Positions 1 to 12,545 are shown, numbered from the stretch's first letter. The stretch: DNA of 64,000 nucleotides from Sphyrna mokarran (GCA_024679065.1 JAGIQG010000020.1:8742001-8806000), one strand, 5' to 3'. The notes: generated by a model from the sequence alone, not told the origin. Numbers and translations: made by a program.

Positions 1-330
1 AAAACGTGACTGGCACATCTTCCACAAACTGCCTCCGTTACGATGAACAGTGGCAGTAGAGGTTACCAACTGGACGATGCATTGCAAAAACGCATCCAAT
101 ATCTATAGGCAACATCTTGCAAAATCACATTTCTACGGTCCAGAAGGACATGTGAACACTCAGCGCTCTCCTCCAAGTCATTCGCAATCTGACCTGGGGA
201 TATATTGCTTACTTAGGCCATAAGGACTGCGCTGATTCTACAAAGCAGTTCACCACCATCATCGTGAGGACATTTAGCGGTGAGGAATAAATGATGGTCT
301 AGCCAGCGATGCTTACACCCCATTAAAAAG
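1..330 (+). mobile_element. 3' end of a decayed LINE (CR1/L2 group), paralogous to 20341-20690, ~35015-35370 and ~57065-57420
   Basis: Shared sequence ending ...ggtctagccagcgatgc..c.cattaaaaa. Confidence 0.6.
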
Positions 331-1419
331 ATGCAAAATTCGATAGATCCCTGATTGAAAAAAGGCCCAGAGAGCATATTGGTGGACCGAATGTGGGATT
401 CCGCCCACGATCTCATCAGTCACGATCTTCGGCCTGATCTTCGTTCCAATTTATATGATCGTATGATTCGTATTTGTGCCCTTTTTATGTATTTTTATCC
501 TATCAAATTTCTGAACCTTCGGATCCATAAATGTGGCGCTGGCAGCATTAGCTTTAGTGAATGACGAGGAAAGGAAGTGAGAGTAACACCTTTAGTGGCA
601 CTGGGTTCTTACTGCTTCTAATCATTCAGATTTTCTGATGTGGGCATTCACCATTAAAAAAGGGAACTCATTGAACATCCAAATTAATTGACAATACCTA
701 ATGAGAATATTCTGAAAACGACTTTTATGTCCGAATCCCTATTTTCCAAGTGTCCCTGTATTTTTGCCAGGAATTGATATTTTGAGGTCGTTTTCGCCGC
801 GCACACACTCCATGTGCAATATTGCCATCTGCTGGTTCAGCCGCGAAACGCGCACAGGTTCATTGGGATTCGTTTTGGACTTCTTTCATCTATTGTGAGA
901 AGTCCAATAGAAAGCAGGGAGAATAAAATGACAATTATAACATAAAATTTAGGATAAATTCGGGAGATCTGGTAGCACTTTTGAAGAGAGAAACACAATT
1001 TCTGCACGAGGGTTATTCGCACTGCTGTGTTCGGTGACACTGTGTTCAGTGTCTAGTAAAATAAGCGTAAATCCGGTTCGTACTTTTATGATGCATTTCA
1101 AACGTTTCGAAGACAGTTGGAGGCACAGCCTCAAACAAGGAAGCAGAACTAACACTGTAAAGCATGTCGACACTGTACTCCGGCGACTAATTGCCGGATT
1201 AGTATTGTAGAGTTCTGGAACAAGCAATGATTGTAAATCCTATCATGGTATCTGGCAATAAATATCGAACAAAAACATTTATAATAATGTTAACCATGAA
1301 ACTATTGAATTGCTGGAAAAAATCGTTTCATTGACATCATTCTGGGCAGGAAATCTGCCATCCTTATTGAATACATTTTTGTGACTCCACGTTTTCCATC
1401 GCGAAAAAGATATTGATGT

Positions 1420-1655
1420 CTGAGGACACGGATCAACCAAGTTAATAACAGCTTCTTCCCTGCTGCACTCAGACTTTTGAATGGACGTATCTCCTATTGA
1501 ATTGATGTTTCTCTAACCCCAGCTTTGACTGTTACACTATATTCTGCAATCTCTCCTTTCCTATGAACGGTATGCTTTGTCGGTAAAGCATGTAAGAAAA
1601 AATACTTGTCACTGTATAGTATTATATAAAACAATAATAAATCAAGTCAAATCAT
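1420..1655 (+). mobile_element. 3' fragment of a non-LTR retroposon, possibly Rex1-like (paralogs ~36470-36712, ~58520-58762)
   Basis: aacagcttcttccctgctgc ... aataataaatcaagtcaaatc with an (ATCAA)n tail; family assignment from memory only. Confidence 0.4.
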
Positions 1656-1839
1656 AAACATTTGTGCTGTTAGGGAAACATATCCACAATACGTGATCAG
1701 CCATATTGCTGACACGCTGTTAGCAGTTCTCTTGATAATGAACCTCCTGACCAGATTGGTTTACGTGTTACAGAAAAAGCCCGTTCACCTGAAATGTTTT
1801 CAAAAATAACAGCGAAGGGCAAAGCGGCAGTGGCGCAAG

Positions 1840-2790
1840 TTTTATTTCAATTTACGGAGGTAATTTCAGATGACATTTAGATGCCAGGAATGAAGGAGTT
1901 TGGGGGAAGAAGAGGCGAGTATTAGAGCGTATGTAAAACGTAGCAGAACGCAAGAACATAACTGGTACTATACTAAAAACTTACCATTACTTATATAAAT
2001 TGTAAAGGGTAGAGGCCACAGCATTGATCACTGTAGCACACTACCCCTTATATCTTGCATATCACAAAATTGTCCCTTTTGCCTACTCTCTGTTTCCTGT
2101 TCGCTCGCAAATTTTCTGTCCATGACCCCACACGCTAAACTTTCATTTTCCGCAATACTCTGCTGTGACATCTTATCATATGCTTAGTGTAAAACACAGT
2201 ACATCCACTTGCTCCCCTTTATCCACAGCACGTTACTTCTTCAAATCACTCCAGTAAATTGATTGAACATGACTTCCCTTTGGCAAAACTGCGTTGGCTC
2301 TATCCGATTACCGTGATTTTACTTATGTGCTCTACTATCAAATCTTAATAACCGCTGCGAACATTTTCCTTATATGTCACATGTTTAGATCACTGGGGTT
2401 GTTCAGCTAACGTGTTATTCCCTGCTTTAGGCCGCTTTTCCCGATTGCATTAAGGTACTATAGTCGCTTTTTCCAATCTAATGGACGCTTCTCAGAATCT
2501 GGGGAATTTTGGGACAATAAAACCAACCTATTAATTGTCTCATTTGTCACTTCTTTTAACACCTTTGGTGAAAGCCATCGGGATCTGAGGACTTAGCAAC
2601 CGACATCTTCAACAACGTTCTTAATGTTATTCTAGTTTTCTTGAGTCCCTGTCTTCCATTTCCTGCTCTACAGTTATGACTGCAATACATCTTGCATCCT
2701 CTACAATGAAGACTGAAGCAAATTGCCTGTTCTCTTCATCTGCAATCTTTTTGTTTGCTACAAATTCCTCAGACTCAATTTCTATCATTC
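1840..2790 (-). mobile_element. Highly decayed CR1 LINE ORF2 fragment (paralogs ~21480-22460, ~36890-37870, ~58940-59930)
   Basis: The paralog translates KPSGPDRFHPNVLKEV...PLDWKTSNVAP (ORF 22049-22276), typical of the CR1 pre-RT region. Confidence 0.65.
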
Positions 2791-3039
2791 TTTGAATTTT
2801 TTTTATCGTTTAACTTTACAAATTGAAATTGATATATTAGTGTCACGAGTAGATGTGCATTAATACTGCAATAAAATTACTGTGAAATCACCCAGTCGCT
2901 ACACTCCGGCACCTGTTTGGGTCCACTGAGGGAGAATTAGCAATGCTAAGCACTGTGCCACAGTGCCAAAGGCAAGAACTAAGTAAAACCGTCCAGAATA
3001 TTCGGGAAACGAGTCAGCTGGTCTGGAAGCATTATGGAG

Positions 3040-3330
3040 ACACTGCTGCTTCACAGCACCAAGAACCCGGTTTCGATTCCCGGCTTGAGTCACAGTCTGT
3101 GCAAAGACTGCAAGTTCTTCCCATGTCTGCATAGGTCTTCCGGTTACCTCCGACAGTCCGAAAGATGGGCTAATTAGGTGCTTTGGCGATGCTAAATTCT
3201 CTCTCATTGTACCTGTACAGGCGCCGGAGTGTGGCTACGAGGAAATTTTTCACAGTAACTTCATTGCAGTAATTGCAGTTTGGATTACAATCGATAGTTG
3301 TAAGTCTATTGGTGACAATAATAAAGAAAC
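3040..3330 (+). mobile_element. tRNA-derived V-core SINE (HE1-like)
   Basis: B-box-like ggtttcgattcc, core gttcttcccatgtctgc, tail cacagtaacttcattgcag; a reverse-oriented tail fragment lies at ~2835-2955. Confidence 0.75.
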
Positions 3331-3864
3331 AGTAAAAAAAACTTTAATACTTAAAAAAATCTAGTAATAGTTTGCTATCGTTACAGTTGAATAGAATGTA
3401 ACTTTGATAAGGGACATATCAGTATTGTGGCAAAAGCAGAAACGCGATTTTGGAGATTCAATGCTGGAATTGTTGGAACAACATAATGGATTTGGGATTG
3501 GTAATATCTTCAAATAGAGAGGAAATGTTAACTGAAAATCGATAGTAGCTTGCAAGGAAAGAGGAACAAGGAGAAGTTTGATTGTAATCGGTATGAAAGT
3601 AAGAACAGTATCTGAGGAGAGAAAGCAGTTAATGACATCAACGAAAGTGGGGCAATAAAAGTTCGATGGTCAGTAATTTAGTGGAAGCATGGTCAACATG
3701 GGTCTAATGGAGAAAATGAGTTGTGAACGGAAATGAGGGGATATATGAGAAAAACATCCGAGTCAACTATAATGCATGCGAAGCAGTGTTTCGTCATTTC
3801 ACTTCAAAATAGCTTCACTCTAAGAAAAGTGTATGCCCTATTTTTTCTGGATTGTGTTATTAGA

Positions 3865-6800
3865 GCAAAGAACAAAGGAAATTGCAGCGTAAGAACAGGC
3901 CTTCGGTCCTCCAAGTCTGCACCGACCATGCTACCCGACTGAACTAAAACCTCCTATCTTCCGAGGACCATATCGCTCTAATCCCATTCTATTTATGTGT
4001 TGTCAAGACGCCCCTTAAAAGTCACTGCCTCCCTGGACAACGAGTTCCAGGCAACCATGACCCCGTGTGTGAAAATCCTGCCTCGTACATCTCCTTTAAA
4101 CCTTGCTCATCGCATCTTAAACATGTGTCCCCTAGTAATTGCCTCTTCCACCCTGGGAAAATTCATTTAATTATCCGCGTGGTCCATGCTTCTCATAATG
4201 TGCTATCAGGTCACGCCTCAATCCCTGTCTTTCCAGTGAGAACAAACCAAGTTTCTCCAAGCTGTGCTCATAGCTGATGCCCTCCATACCATGCAATATT
4301 CTGGTAAATTTTTTGTACTTTCTCCAAAGCTTCCATGCCCTTCTGGTAGTGCGGCAACCAGAATTGAACACTATATTTCAAGTGTGGCTAACTAAAGTTC
4401 TATAAAGCCGCAATGTCATTTGCCATTTTTAAACTCAATGCCCGGCAGATGAAACCAAGCATGCCGGTTGCCTTCTTGATTACCTTTTCTACTTGCATTG
4501 ACACTTTCAGTGACATATGTATCTGTACACCCAGGTACCTTTGCCTATCAATATTCTTAAGGGTTGTACCATTTAATGTTCTTTTAGCTATTTGTATTAG
4601 ATCTTCCAATATGCATTGCCTCACATTTGTGTGGATTAAACTCCAGCTGCCCACTGACCTATAACCTGCAGTGTCCTCTGATGGTCTTTGTTGTCTGCAA
4701 ATCCAACGACTTTTGCATCATCGGCAAACTTACTAATCAATTCAGTTACATTTTCCTCCAAATCATTTATGCATATTACAAATAACAAAGTTCCCAGAAC
4801 TGATCCCTGAGGAATGCCACTTGTCATAGTCCTCCATTCAGAAACGCACACATACACTGCTACCCTGTGTCTTCTTTCACTGAGCTAGTTTCGTATCCAA
4901 CTTGCCAGCTCATCTCTGATCCATCCACCTTATAAACCAACTTGCAATGAGCGGCCTTGTCATTGGCCTTATTGAAGTCCATGCAGATAACATCTACTGT
5001 CCTACACTCATCAATGATCTTCATCATCTCCTCTAAATCTCATCATCCCTCACTTGGAGTACTGCGTCCAGTTCTGGTCACCGTACTACCGGAAGGATGT
5101 GGAGGCCTTGGAGAGAGTGCAGAGGAGATTTACCAGGGTGCTGCCTGGTATGGAAGGGCTGTCTTACGAGGTAAGATTGAACACACTGGGGTTGTTTTCC
5201 CTTGAAAGACGTCGGCTGAGAGGGGATCTAATAGAGGTATATAAGATTATAAGGGGTATAGATAGAGTAAAAGGTGGTAAGCTTTTTCCACCATTAGAAA
5301 TGGATAGAACGAGGGGTCATGGCCTTAGGGTGAGGGAGGCTATGCATAAGACGAATATTAGAGGGCAGTTTTTCACACAAAGGGTAGTGGGGGTGTGGAA
5401 TGCACTGCCTAGTAAGGTGGTGGGAGCAGGCATGCTAGGGTTGTTTAAGGGTCTCTTGGACAGCCACATGAGCGGTCTGCAGATAGAGGGATATAGCAGG
5501 ACTGTCTAAATATCTTATTTGTTTCCACAGGCAATTCGGTCCACCTTGTTGACGAACAAGGTGCATGCATTCGGCAGGTCGTGTGAGGGCTGCTCTTGGA
5601 TGTTGCTTCAGGAGTGGCCTAGTGCTTCAAGTCGTTACTATATGCTTAAACTGGACCATCTGATGGGCAACATGACAGCTCAGAGACTATCGCTGTTGTT
5701 GTGCAGACACATGGATTTGGGCCTGTGCCTGCGGGAGTTTGCGTGTTCTCCCTGTGGTTGCGTGGGTTTTCTCCAGGTGCTCCGGTCTCCTCCCACATCC
5801 CAAAAATGTGCTCCTAGGCTGATTGGGTAACAAATTGTCCCTATATTGGTCCCTATATGGGAATCTTCCACAATAGGCATAGCCTAAAGTCATGGGTATG
5901 TCATTAAGACGTTAGGACGGCTGCGTGGGCTCGTTGGGCCAAAGGGCCTGTTTCCCGTGCTGTGTTGCTCTTTGTTCTTTGTTCTTTAAAAACTCAAACA
6001 AGTTAGTGAGACACGAGCTCCACTTCACAAAACTATGGTGCCTCTCAGTAATACGTCCATGTATTTCCAAGTGGAATAAATCCTTCTTAGAAAATCCTCT
6101 CCAATCATATCCCTACCACAAATGTAAGGCTCACCAGCCTGTAATTACCTGAGTTATTCTTGCTAACCTTCTTAATCAAAGGCACAACATTGGGTAATCT
6201 CCAATCCTCTGGGACCTTCATGTAGCCAGTGAGAATACGAAGATTTATCTCAAGGCCCCAGCGATTTCCTCCCTTACCTCTCTGAGCATTCTGGAGTATA
6301 TGCCATCAGGCTCTGGTGACTAATCTACCTTAATGTTTCTCAAGAACTCCAATACCTCCTGCTTTTTGATGTCAACATTACTCAAAGTATCAACACACCT
6401 TTTCCCAGCCTCATAATCCATCAAGTCGCTCTCTTTGGTGAATACTACCACAATGTACTAATTTAATACATCACCCATTTCCTCTGGCTCCATGTATAGA
6501 TTCCCTCCCTCATCCTTGAGTGTGCCAACCATCACCTGGCTACCCTCTTGCTCTTTATACATGTATGAAAAGCCTTGGGATTTTCCTTAATCCTGCTGGC
6601 CAAGATTGTTTTGTGACCCCTTTCAACCTTCCTGATTCCTTGCTCTAGTTTCACTCTATTTTTATTATTCCGCACTTGCTTTGTGTGTTTCCAGCTTTCT
6701 AGCTTTGACAAATGCATTCTTTTGCTCTTTGACATGTCTCACAATATCTCTCGTTACCCAAGGTTCCCACACCTTGCCTTCCTTATCCTTCATCTTTACA

Positions 6801-7070
6801 GGAATGTGCTGCTCCGGGATCCCTATTAAATTACACTTGAAGACCTCTCACATACCAGGTGTTGATTTTCCCTCAAACATCTGCTCCCAATCTACATTCT
6901 TTAGATTCTCTCTAATACTGTTGTAATTAGCCTTCCCCCAATTTAGCACCTTAAATTGAAGACTAACTTATCTTTATCCATCAATATCTTAAAGCTTACT
7001 GAATTAAGGTCACTGTTCCTGAAACGCTCCCCAACAGAAACATTGACCATTTAACCGGGCTCATCAGTAG
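3865..7070 (-). mobile_element. Decayed 5'-truncated CR1 LINE, interrupted by a younger CR1 at ~5047-5987
   Basis: RT motifs SGIPQGSVLGTLLF..INDL..SKFADD (4636-4857), SYEHSLEKLGLFSLER, RIKENPKAFHTCIKSKRVAR. Confidence 0.88.
5047..5987 (+). mobile_element. Young CR1 LINE 3' fragment (subfamily A), nested
   Basis: Intact ORF2 C-terminus EYCVQFWSPYYRKDVEALERVQRRFTR...LGLFSLERRRLRGDLIEVYKI (5054-5509), 3' UTR and (TTCTTTG)n tail. Confidence 0.92.
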
Positions 7071-8377
7071 AAATAATTTCTCTAGATCTGTCCTATCCCA
7101 TTCGTAAATCATTCTAAATACGTCGATTTTATGTAGATAGAGCACAAAGGACTGCAGAATGTGAATCGCCTTGCTGGATTTAGCAGAAAATGTTACTATT
7201 CCAATCTGTATTCTCACTCAGGTCTTTAACTTACTTCACTATAAGTGTTCTCTTTTGCAAAGACACAGGAGTGATTGCTTCAGTCATAGCCTCATATCAA
7301 ACAAGAAACAAGATATCCTGAAATATTTTCAACCATTTTGTGCAAAATTCCAATGCTGGAAAGTCCTGCCTTCTCAAATAGTTTATGCCTCTTACTGTCT
7401 CTATATAAGGCCATTCCAAGTAAGGACAAAGTTCAACATTTCTTGCGAGCCAGTTTTCCTACAGATATATTGGTATTTAGTATGCTTCCATTAAGCAGCA
7501 TGGTCCAAATTGTCAGAATATGCTCTTGACTCCACCTACCCTCAGCTGCACTGTTCTAAGATACTGCTTCCACGATCCTTGCTAAAATAAAAAAAATTTT
7601 TATTACTGGGTAGTAACTTTGGGAATATCTGAGTTTCTTTTTGTGTGTGGAATGAGGCACTCTACTAGAAGATTTACCAGGATGCTGGCCAAGCTGTGAT
7701 TATTTTTCGTAAAGCAGAGAAAGCTGAGGTGTTGTTTCATGGAGGTGCACAAATTATGAACGATATAGATAAGAAGAAACCTTTCAGCTCAGTAGAATGG
7801 GTCAATAACCAGGGGACATGGATTTAATGTAAGGAGAAAGGGATTTAGAGGAGATTTGAAGAAATACCTCGTCAGCCAGAGGATGCTGGGAACTCGCTGT
7901 CTGTAAGGGTGATGGAGCAAGGAACTCTCACAGTGTTTAGGAAACATATTGTTAAGGAATTGGAAAGTCATTGCATGGAGAGCTATGAGCCAACTGCTGG
8001 AAAATGAATTAGAATCGGTGGTCGGCACAAATGCGAAGGGCCTTATTCTGGGCTGGATTCCTCCTCCAGCTTTAAAGGGCAATATATAGCACATTTAGGC
8101 AATCGGTCTTCAAAATTGAACCCTTCAGCAATTACTTCAACCCGACGAATCAACAAATGTATCTCAGGCATTTGTATCGCTTTGCCCGCTACGGAATCAG
8201 AGCGGACGAGGGGCAGAGAAAGGAAATGTCCCTTGACCTCGGGCGGGAATTTCCGCGCTGGGTCGAGAGAGGACGTAAAAATCCCGCAGCTCAATTTGAA
8301 AACCTAAATGCAGAACTCCAGATGTGATCTGATCAAGGCTGTAGACAAAAAAAGCATTACTTCCCCGCTCCAGAAGT

Positions 8378-8552
8378 AGGTGGCACGTAGCACAGTGGTT
8401 TGCAGTATTACTTCACAACTCCAGATATCTGGGTTCGATTGCTGGCTTGGGTCACTGCCTATGTGGAGTTTGTACATTCTCCTCGTATCTGCGTGGGCTT
8501 CCACCGACTGTCCAAAGACGTGCGGATTCAGTTGATTGGCCATGCTAAAATT
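8378..8552 (+). mobile_element. tRNA-derived V-core SINE (HE1-like), truncated
   Basis: A-box-like tagcacagtgg, B-box-like ggttcgattgc, core ggagtttgtacattctcc. Confidence 0.75.
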
Positions 8553-8847
8553 GCAGACTTCGCACTTTAATATATTTTTATAATCTGGAGACGCAGTTCA
8601 GCCCATTCATTACAGTGCCAGAATGCAACTCAGCCCATTTTTAAAAAAATGCAATATTTCTTCATGGTGTTAAGTTAATGTCATCGATCGTCCCTAGTTG
8701 CGCCTGGATATCATTGGCTTTAAATAAAATGTGGAGGATATCACAATGATATAATCTCACTATTTAATTCCCTTTAGAATCTTGCCATTAATTATTTTTA
8801 AGGGGAAGAGAGAGAAGAATAGAACATCGGTAGAGATAACGGTATAT

Positions 8848-8853
8848 TTTATT
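8848..8853 (-). terminator. Polyadenylation signal AATAAA, cluster 1
   Basis: tttatt on +, about 195 nt past the stop, same position in all three clusters; a proximal AATAAA is also present at 8989-8994. Confidence 0.7.
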
Positions 8854-9047
8854 ACACAGCGGTATCAATGACATTACACTGAAGCTTTGATCCATTCAGG
8901 GTGAACACAGTTAAGTTGAAACTAAGTGAATCAGCCGATCTGCTGCAAACTGTGATGAAATGTTTGAAATATTCCACTATTTGCGGAATTTATTTTGAAA
9001 CGAATCTTCACTAACGGCAGAATACAAAAATGCATTAAATGCATGAA

Positions 9048-9370
9048 TCAGATACAGCTGGATCTGGAGACGGTTGTTTGAAGCGGGTTTGCTTGAGTCT
9101 CGTGTTTAACCACACAGGAGTAAAGCTCGTGTGAGTTCCACTCTGAGGCTGACAGAGTCAGATAACTGCTCACACTGAACGTGTTGTCCGCCTCCTGCTG
9201 GATCCGACTGGTCTCAACTCCATTCCCTCTGACGCTGCCATCGACAGTCCATTCAATCTCCGCAACTCCTGGGTTAAAACCGCTCACCAAACACACCAGT
9301 GTCGCTATGTTCTTCGCTGTGATTTGATCCGATGAAGGCGGAAGGACAGACACAGTGGGGCTTCGTGGAT
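9048..9370 (-). CDS. IgL: IgL constant (C1-set) exon, cluster 1
   Basis: Acceptor tttccag at 9371; PRSPTVSVLPPS..ATLVCLV..EWTVDG..YSCVVKHE..SRSSCI* with both domain Cys, the Trp and the penultimate inter-chain Cys; 323 nt, TGA at 9050-9048. Confidence 0.96.
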
Positions 9371-11019
9371 CTGGAAAGTAAAGAGAAATTTTGCACATCT
9401 ATTAAGAATCGGCATAAATGATTGAATCGTTGTTTCGCCTTCTGTTTTTTTTAATCGGTATTATTCTACAAGAAGATTTTATACAGTGGAGCCTTATTGA
9501 TGCCAAATGCAAAAAAGTCAGGACTGTGGTTTCTGGAACACATACGAACTGAGATGGTTTTTCTTTTTTCCCAGCACGGACGGGAACATGCAAATAAAAT
9601 CTGATCTAAAGAAAATAGTGGAGATTTAAATATTAAAGAGAAAAATAAGACGGGAAGTTTATTGCATCCAGGTGTGATTTGAGACAATGCTGTCCAACCC
9701 AGCATGGCGACCACCGAGGATTTCAGAATAACGTTAATCCCTCAGAATTTGGGGTCAATATTGGATCCTACTTTGACTGCAACATTTCTATATTTTGCAA
9801 CTCAAAATCCTCGATTCGAAACAATTAAATCGATTGTTTGCTTCTATCACCATTTACACTTCTTGGGTACACTGGACTGATATTTGGATTAGTGTACATT
9901 CTTTGCCAGAACTTCACACCGTGTCCAACTCAGACCAACAGTAACGATATAGCGTAAATCTTAATAAATAACTCCCTGTCGAAATGGAAATTTTTGGAGA
10001 CTTTTTTTCCGTGTGAAATGTTAGAAAAGATTCCTTACAGCAAAGAGGAAGAGTTTCTCACAAAGATTGTAAACAATTCTAGCTATATAACAACATAACG
10101 TAACGACACCATCAAAAGATTAGTAATATACCAAATATGTCCTCATTATGATTTATCTCTGACACCTTATCGCCAAAGCAAATGGACTGTGAGTTCTTAC
10201 TGCGCTTAGATACGGATCCATGATTCTGACATTTGAAGAATGATTCTATTTCACAAGTACTTCATTGTGAGGATGTTCTGAAGTCGTGGTCGGCGCTAAA
10301 TCAATGCACGTTTGCATTTTCTTGCCTTTATCATTAGTAGGTATTCGTAAAGCTGAAATGGTTCTTCCCTCTTTCAGACTCCATTTATCACTTAAGTTAC
10401 CATCTATCACAGTCAATGGGAAAACGCTCAGTAAATAAGTTAAGGCATTGTAAAGCATCGAAGAAAGTACCAAATATGAATATCCAAGGATAAGGCTAAC
10501 CTTTTACAATTCGCCCTGACATTGAGGTATTATGTCGGCTACAACAACAGTATGAAGTTTGTCGCCGTCGGTGTAAACATCGATTGTGTCTGGAGCTAAA
10601 AATTCGTCTTGTTTTTCTTGAAATGTAATTTGGATGTTGAAACTGAGTCGGCAGACAAATGCCGCCAGCCCTTATCTTAATGTCGGTATCGTCTTCTTGC
10701 GCCACCAAGAATTTCGCTGAATAATCTCAAATGTCTGCACCGATGAACAGGTGTGACGATCAACTTCTATTTAAACGAAAGCGGACTCAAGTGAATTATT
10801 TTTACACCGGCATTTTCGCCAGATATGATTTCTTAAAGCAACAACTAAAATATTTAAGAGCATTTTTCTCCTTTTTGCCTCATGCTGGTCCATTTCACCG
10901 TAACATAGTCCAATAAACAAATGACTTGTAGAAAAAAAAATTAAAAAATAAAATACTATTGAGAAGGGAAGATACCCTCACCACAATTTTCCAATCATGT
11001 TTGGAGCAGGTTTGGCTCT

Positions 11020-12545
11020 CGGTGGCAGGAGGACAGATGGAATTGTGAAAGGGCGAAAGGGGGTAGCATAGTTACAGACCAGTGAATTCAACCCCACTAA
11101 AGGGAGAACAATTGGAATAAACGCGGCATAATCAAATACAGTGATTACGGCTTTGCTGGCGGAAAATCTTACCCCACGGCGTGAATTGGTATATTTGAGC
11201 AGGTAGCATGAGCTGTGAATGACTGCAATATTTTTGGTATAGTCTACATAGATTTTAACAAGGCTCTTGTTAAGTTCATATAGGGGAATGAACAGGTTGG
11301 ATCCGAAATTGGCTCACAGGCAGGAAGCAAAGGTTCCCTATATCAATGAGTGCCTCTATGAGTTTTGACAAATGATACAAAATTGGCAACGTGATTGCTA
11401 ACGAAGAAAACTGCATAATACAGGAAGATAACAATAGACTAGTCAGAAAAGTGCAACAGCGATAAATGGAATTGAAGGTGGAAACTGTGAGGAACTGCAT
11501 TTCAGGAAGGACAATTGTATAAATGGGACAATGCCGAGAAATATAAAGAAACTGTGTGCACTGAAAATGCATGTCCAGTGATCCTGAACGCAGCTGCGCA
11601 ACTGGATATGGCAGCAAAGAAGGCATATGAGGCAGTTACATTTATAAGCCCAGGTATAGATTGTTAGAACTTGGAGGTTATGTTGAAACTGCTGGAAATG
11701 TGCATAGGAAAAATGTAATTGTATAAGAGCGAGAACGGGGAGACCTAGAGGGATGTCGGCTGAAATGAAATATTTAGTTATAAGTAAGCATTGAACTGAC
11801 CAGCGTTCTTTTCTTTGGAACAGACGAGGCTGAAGAGAGAAGGCATAATATTCTGAGGTGTCTGGGCAGAATGGATCGGAAAACAGTATTGCCAATGGTT
11901 GAGCGATCGATGAGAACGGGACTTGATTTGGCGTTAGAAATGGAAGGTTTAACGGAGATTCGAAGTGAATAGTTTCATCCAGATGGTTTAGGAGATATGG
12001 AAGCTACTGCCGGAAAATCTGTTAGTGGCAAATTAATGGACACTTAAACTTACATGCAATGTGTAATCTCAATGCTAATGAATAAATGTTGGATTCTTCC
12101 TTGTGAACCAGTGCAAACATAATTGGCCAAATATTCTGTAACAATGTTGCAAAGACATATTATTTCTATGATTCTGCGAATACATTGTATTGCTTTCATC
12201 CCTCACTAAAGCAAAGGGGATACAGCGTGCATATTTATAAGGTACACTGCCGCAACTCCGACAAGAACTTCCAAACCAGCCATGTCTTCCACCAGACGCA
12301 CACAGGCGCAGCAGATGCACGGCAGCACCACCAAATGGTAAATTCCCATCAAGCCACACAGCATTACCAAAGTCCAATTGTTACCGCTTCTCCTTCACTG
12401 TCGCTCGGCCCAAAAACTCTTAACTCCCTCCCGAACAACTCTGCTGTGTAGCTATTACACATGGACCACTACTGTCTCCATGGATGTTAGGCGGGGACCA
12501 CACGAATGTTAGCTTTCTGGTCACATCCCATGAATCAATAAAAAT
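11020..12545 (+). mobile_element. Ancient LINE remnants in the J-C intron (paralogs ~26330-27875, ~46550-48010)
   Basis: Decayed CR1-like phrases (tagtctacatagattttaacaaggc; tttctttggaacagacgaggctga) followed by the 3' tail of the second LINE family. Confidence 0.6.

Noticed and set aside
568-582. PU.1/EICE-like GGAAAGGAAGTGAGA in the inter-cluster block
   Set aside because: The GGAAGT core is altered in two of four paralogs (~20935, ~57650), so conservation does not support function.
3040-3085. tRNA-like A/B boxes (also ~8380, ~39545, ~61510)
   Set aside because: SINE heads followed by V-core and tail; no full cloverleaf, so not tRNA genes.
5660-5668. CTGATG after the structured element, suggesting a hammerhead ribozyme
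   Set aside because: Reads CTGATGG rather than CTGANGA, is TTGATG or TTGGTA in subfamily B, and has no matching GAAA junction.
9351-9389. Perfect RSS heptamer CACAGTG at the start of each C exon (+ strand)
   Set aside because: It is the reverse complement of the Pro-Thr-Val codons, and there is no credible nonamer at 12 or 23 bp.
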